Assembly (NCBI GenBank): GCA_036502065.1
Contig: DASXZF010000215.1
Coordinates: 1 to 32,069, forward strand
Reading direction: 5' to 3'
DNA length: 32,069 bases
Origin: Gaiellales bacterium
Lineage (GTDB): Bacteria > Actinomycetota > Thermoleophilia > Gaiellales > JAICJC01
Program-made: the position numbers and the translations under genes
The notes under the pieces: generated by a model
What the model saw: the letters and a program-made list of their open reading frames with translations, nothing else
Databases searched by the model: none
Told to the model about the DNA's origin: nothing
In this document: piece after piece, positions 31,105 through 32,069 of the stretch
Position numbering within the stretch: the first letter of the stretch is position 1
Layout: every line of letters starts with the position of its first letter

Positions 31105-31110
31105 ATGATA
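31105..31110 (-). promoter_or_regulatory. -10 element TATCAT for a leaderless nrnA mRNA
   Basis: Minus strand TATCAT lies 6 nt upstream of GTG 31098. No SD. Confidence 0.4.
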
Positions 31111-31137
31111 CGGTCGCGACGGGGCCCGGGCAGGTCT

Positions 31138-32069
31138 TCAGTCACCGTCGGCGAGGGCCATCTCGCCCTCGACCGACTCCACCACCGGCATGGTCTGCTC
31201 CTCGTCCATGCCGTGCACGTACTTGCCGCCCCGAAGCCACGACGCGGCCGCAGCGACCAGGCATGCCGCGATCGCGAAGTCGAACGCCTCGTGCAGGCCG
31301 TTCGAGAACGGCTGCGACATCAGCTTCGGGAAGAACACCCGCCCGGTGAGGTAGGTGGCGTGCGCGTGGGAGATGTGCGGCAGCACGGGCCCGAGCAGCG
31401 TCTTCATCGGGTTGTAGCCGAGGAACGACGCGAAGAGCAGGCCGACCGGCGGCAGATGCGAGATGCGGGTCGCGTCGGCGCGTGGCACGCCCTGGGCGAC
31501 GAGGCCGTGGTGCAGCGTCCCCGGAAGCGAGCTCGCGAGGCCGAGGATCATCAGCGAGAAGAAGATGCCGATCGAGAGCACGAGCGCCGAGTTCTGGAAC
31601 GTCGTTGCCATGCCTGCGCCCGCGCCGCGCCGGTTGGCGGGCAGGCTGTTCATGATCCCGGCCTGGTTCGGCGATGCGAAGAGCCCCATGCCCATGCCGA
31701 CCATCAGCAGCAGCAGGCTGAACCAGACGTAGTTGAAGTTCACCGGCAGCAGCTCGAGCAGGAAGAAGCTGAGCGCGGCCACCAGCATGCCGCCCGTGGC
31801 GAACGGGCGAGCGCCGAAGTGGTCGGAGAGGTAGCCCGACGCGGGGCCGGCGATCAGGAAGCCGACCGTCAGCGGAAGCATGTAGATGCCGGCCCAAAGC
31901 GGCGTCTGGGAGAAGCTGTAGCCGTGCTCGGGAAGCCAGATGCCCTGCAGCCAGATGATCAGGATGAACTGCAGGCCGCCGCGGGCGAGTGAGCTCAGCA
32001 GGTTGGCGATGTTGCCGGCGGTGAAGGCGCGGATGCGAAACAGGCGCAGATGGAACATCGGCTCAGGGA
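31138..32069 (-). CDS. MFS transporter, DHA2 (EmrB/QacA-like) family, C-terminal part (gene runs off the right edge)
   Basis: The reading frame stays open to the window edge (..PEPMFHLRLFRIRAFTAGN), which is the central-loop motif of 14-TMS DHA2 exporters. The 306+ aa shown are multi-TM. Confidence 0.88.
   Translation of the reverse strand, partial: PEPMFHLRLFRIRAFTAGNIANLLSSLARGGLQFILIIWLQGIWLPEHGYSFSQTPLWAGIYMLPLTVGFLIAGPASGYLSDHFGARPFATGGMLVAALSFFLLELLPVNFNYVWFSLLLLMVGMGMGLFASPNQAGIMNSLPANRRGAGAGMATTFQNSALVLSIGIFFSLMILGLASSLPGTLHHGLVAQGVPRADATRISHLPPVGLLFASFLGYNPMKTLLGPVLPHISHAHATYLTGRVFFPKLMSQPFSNGLHEAFDFAIAACLVAAAASWLRGGKYVHGMDEEQTMPVVESVEGEMALADGD

Noticed and set aside
1-32069. A scan for tRNA, rRNA, CRISPR arrays, IS elements, integrases, prophage genes or toxin-antitoxin pairs.
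   Set aside because: I saw none. There are no cloverleaf-like conserved T-loop sequences, no regularly spaced repeat-spacer arrays, no transposase or recombinase-like ORFs, and no terminal inverted repeats flanking a composition shift.

Overview
Very GC-rich segment: by eye roughly 70% GC, with third codon positions almost all G/C. It is actinobacterial in style, but the taxon cannot be fixed from sequence alone. I support about 34 tightly packed protein-coding genes. I saw no rRNA, tRNA, CRISPR array, transposase, integrase or phage genes. The many long ORFs in the track that lie antisense to or overlap these genes are high-GC shadow ORFs.

Gene content, left to right:
- a peptide-type ABC importer (SBP plus two permeases) with an IclR regulator
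- a DUF2252 / MetE-like / ATP-grasp operon
- a HIBADH-family reductase
- a tandem PilZ protein
- pruA and a second aldehyde dehydrogenase, divergent
- an ABC-2 exporter
- a CBS protein
- a SirC-like siroheme enzyme
- a 1069-aa SF2 helicase followed on the same strand by csp and infA
- an SSI-like secreted protein
- an inositol monophosphatase
- a dual-specificity phosphatase with small membrane proteins
- cupin plus acyl-CoA dehydrogenase
- a HutF-like deiminase back-to-back with an M20 amidohydrolase
- a 310-bp non-coding gap full of direct repeats, followed by a receiver-domain fragment
- a Cys-rich secreted protein of unknown family
- two MFS transporters and nrnA

I do not see a self-contained, clearly novel multi-gene system such as a defence or mobile module. 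The best follow-up targets are:
- the helicase with a poly-acidic insertion, and its linkage to a translationally coupled csp-infA pair
- the IclR / DUF2252 / MetE-like / ATP-grasp cluster
- the phased TGTGGA repeat array at 26.9-27.0 kb
- the mini-ORF plus strong terminator leader at 21.85-21.99 kb
- the unknown secreted protein operon at 27.3-28.8 kb
- a GGGGYCWGRCCCC palindromic repeat family
- a pervasive leaderless-promoter architecture
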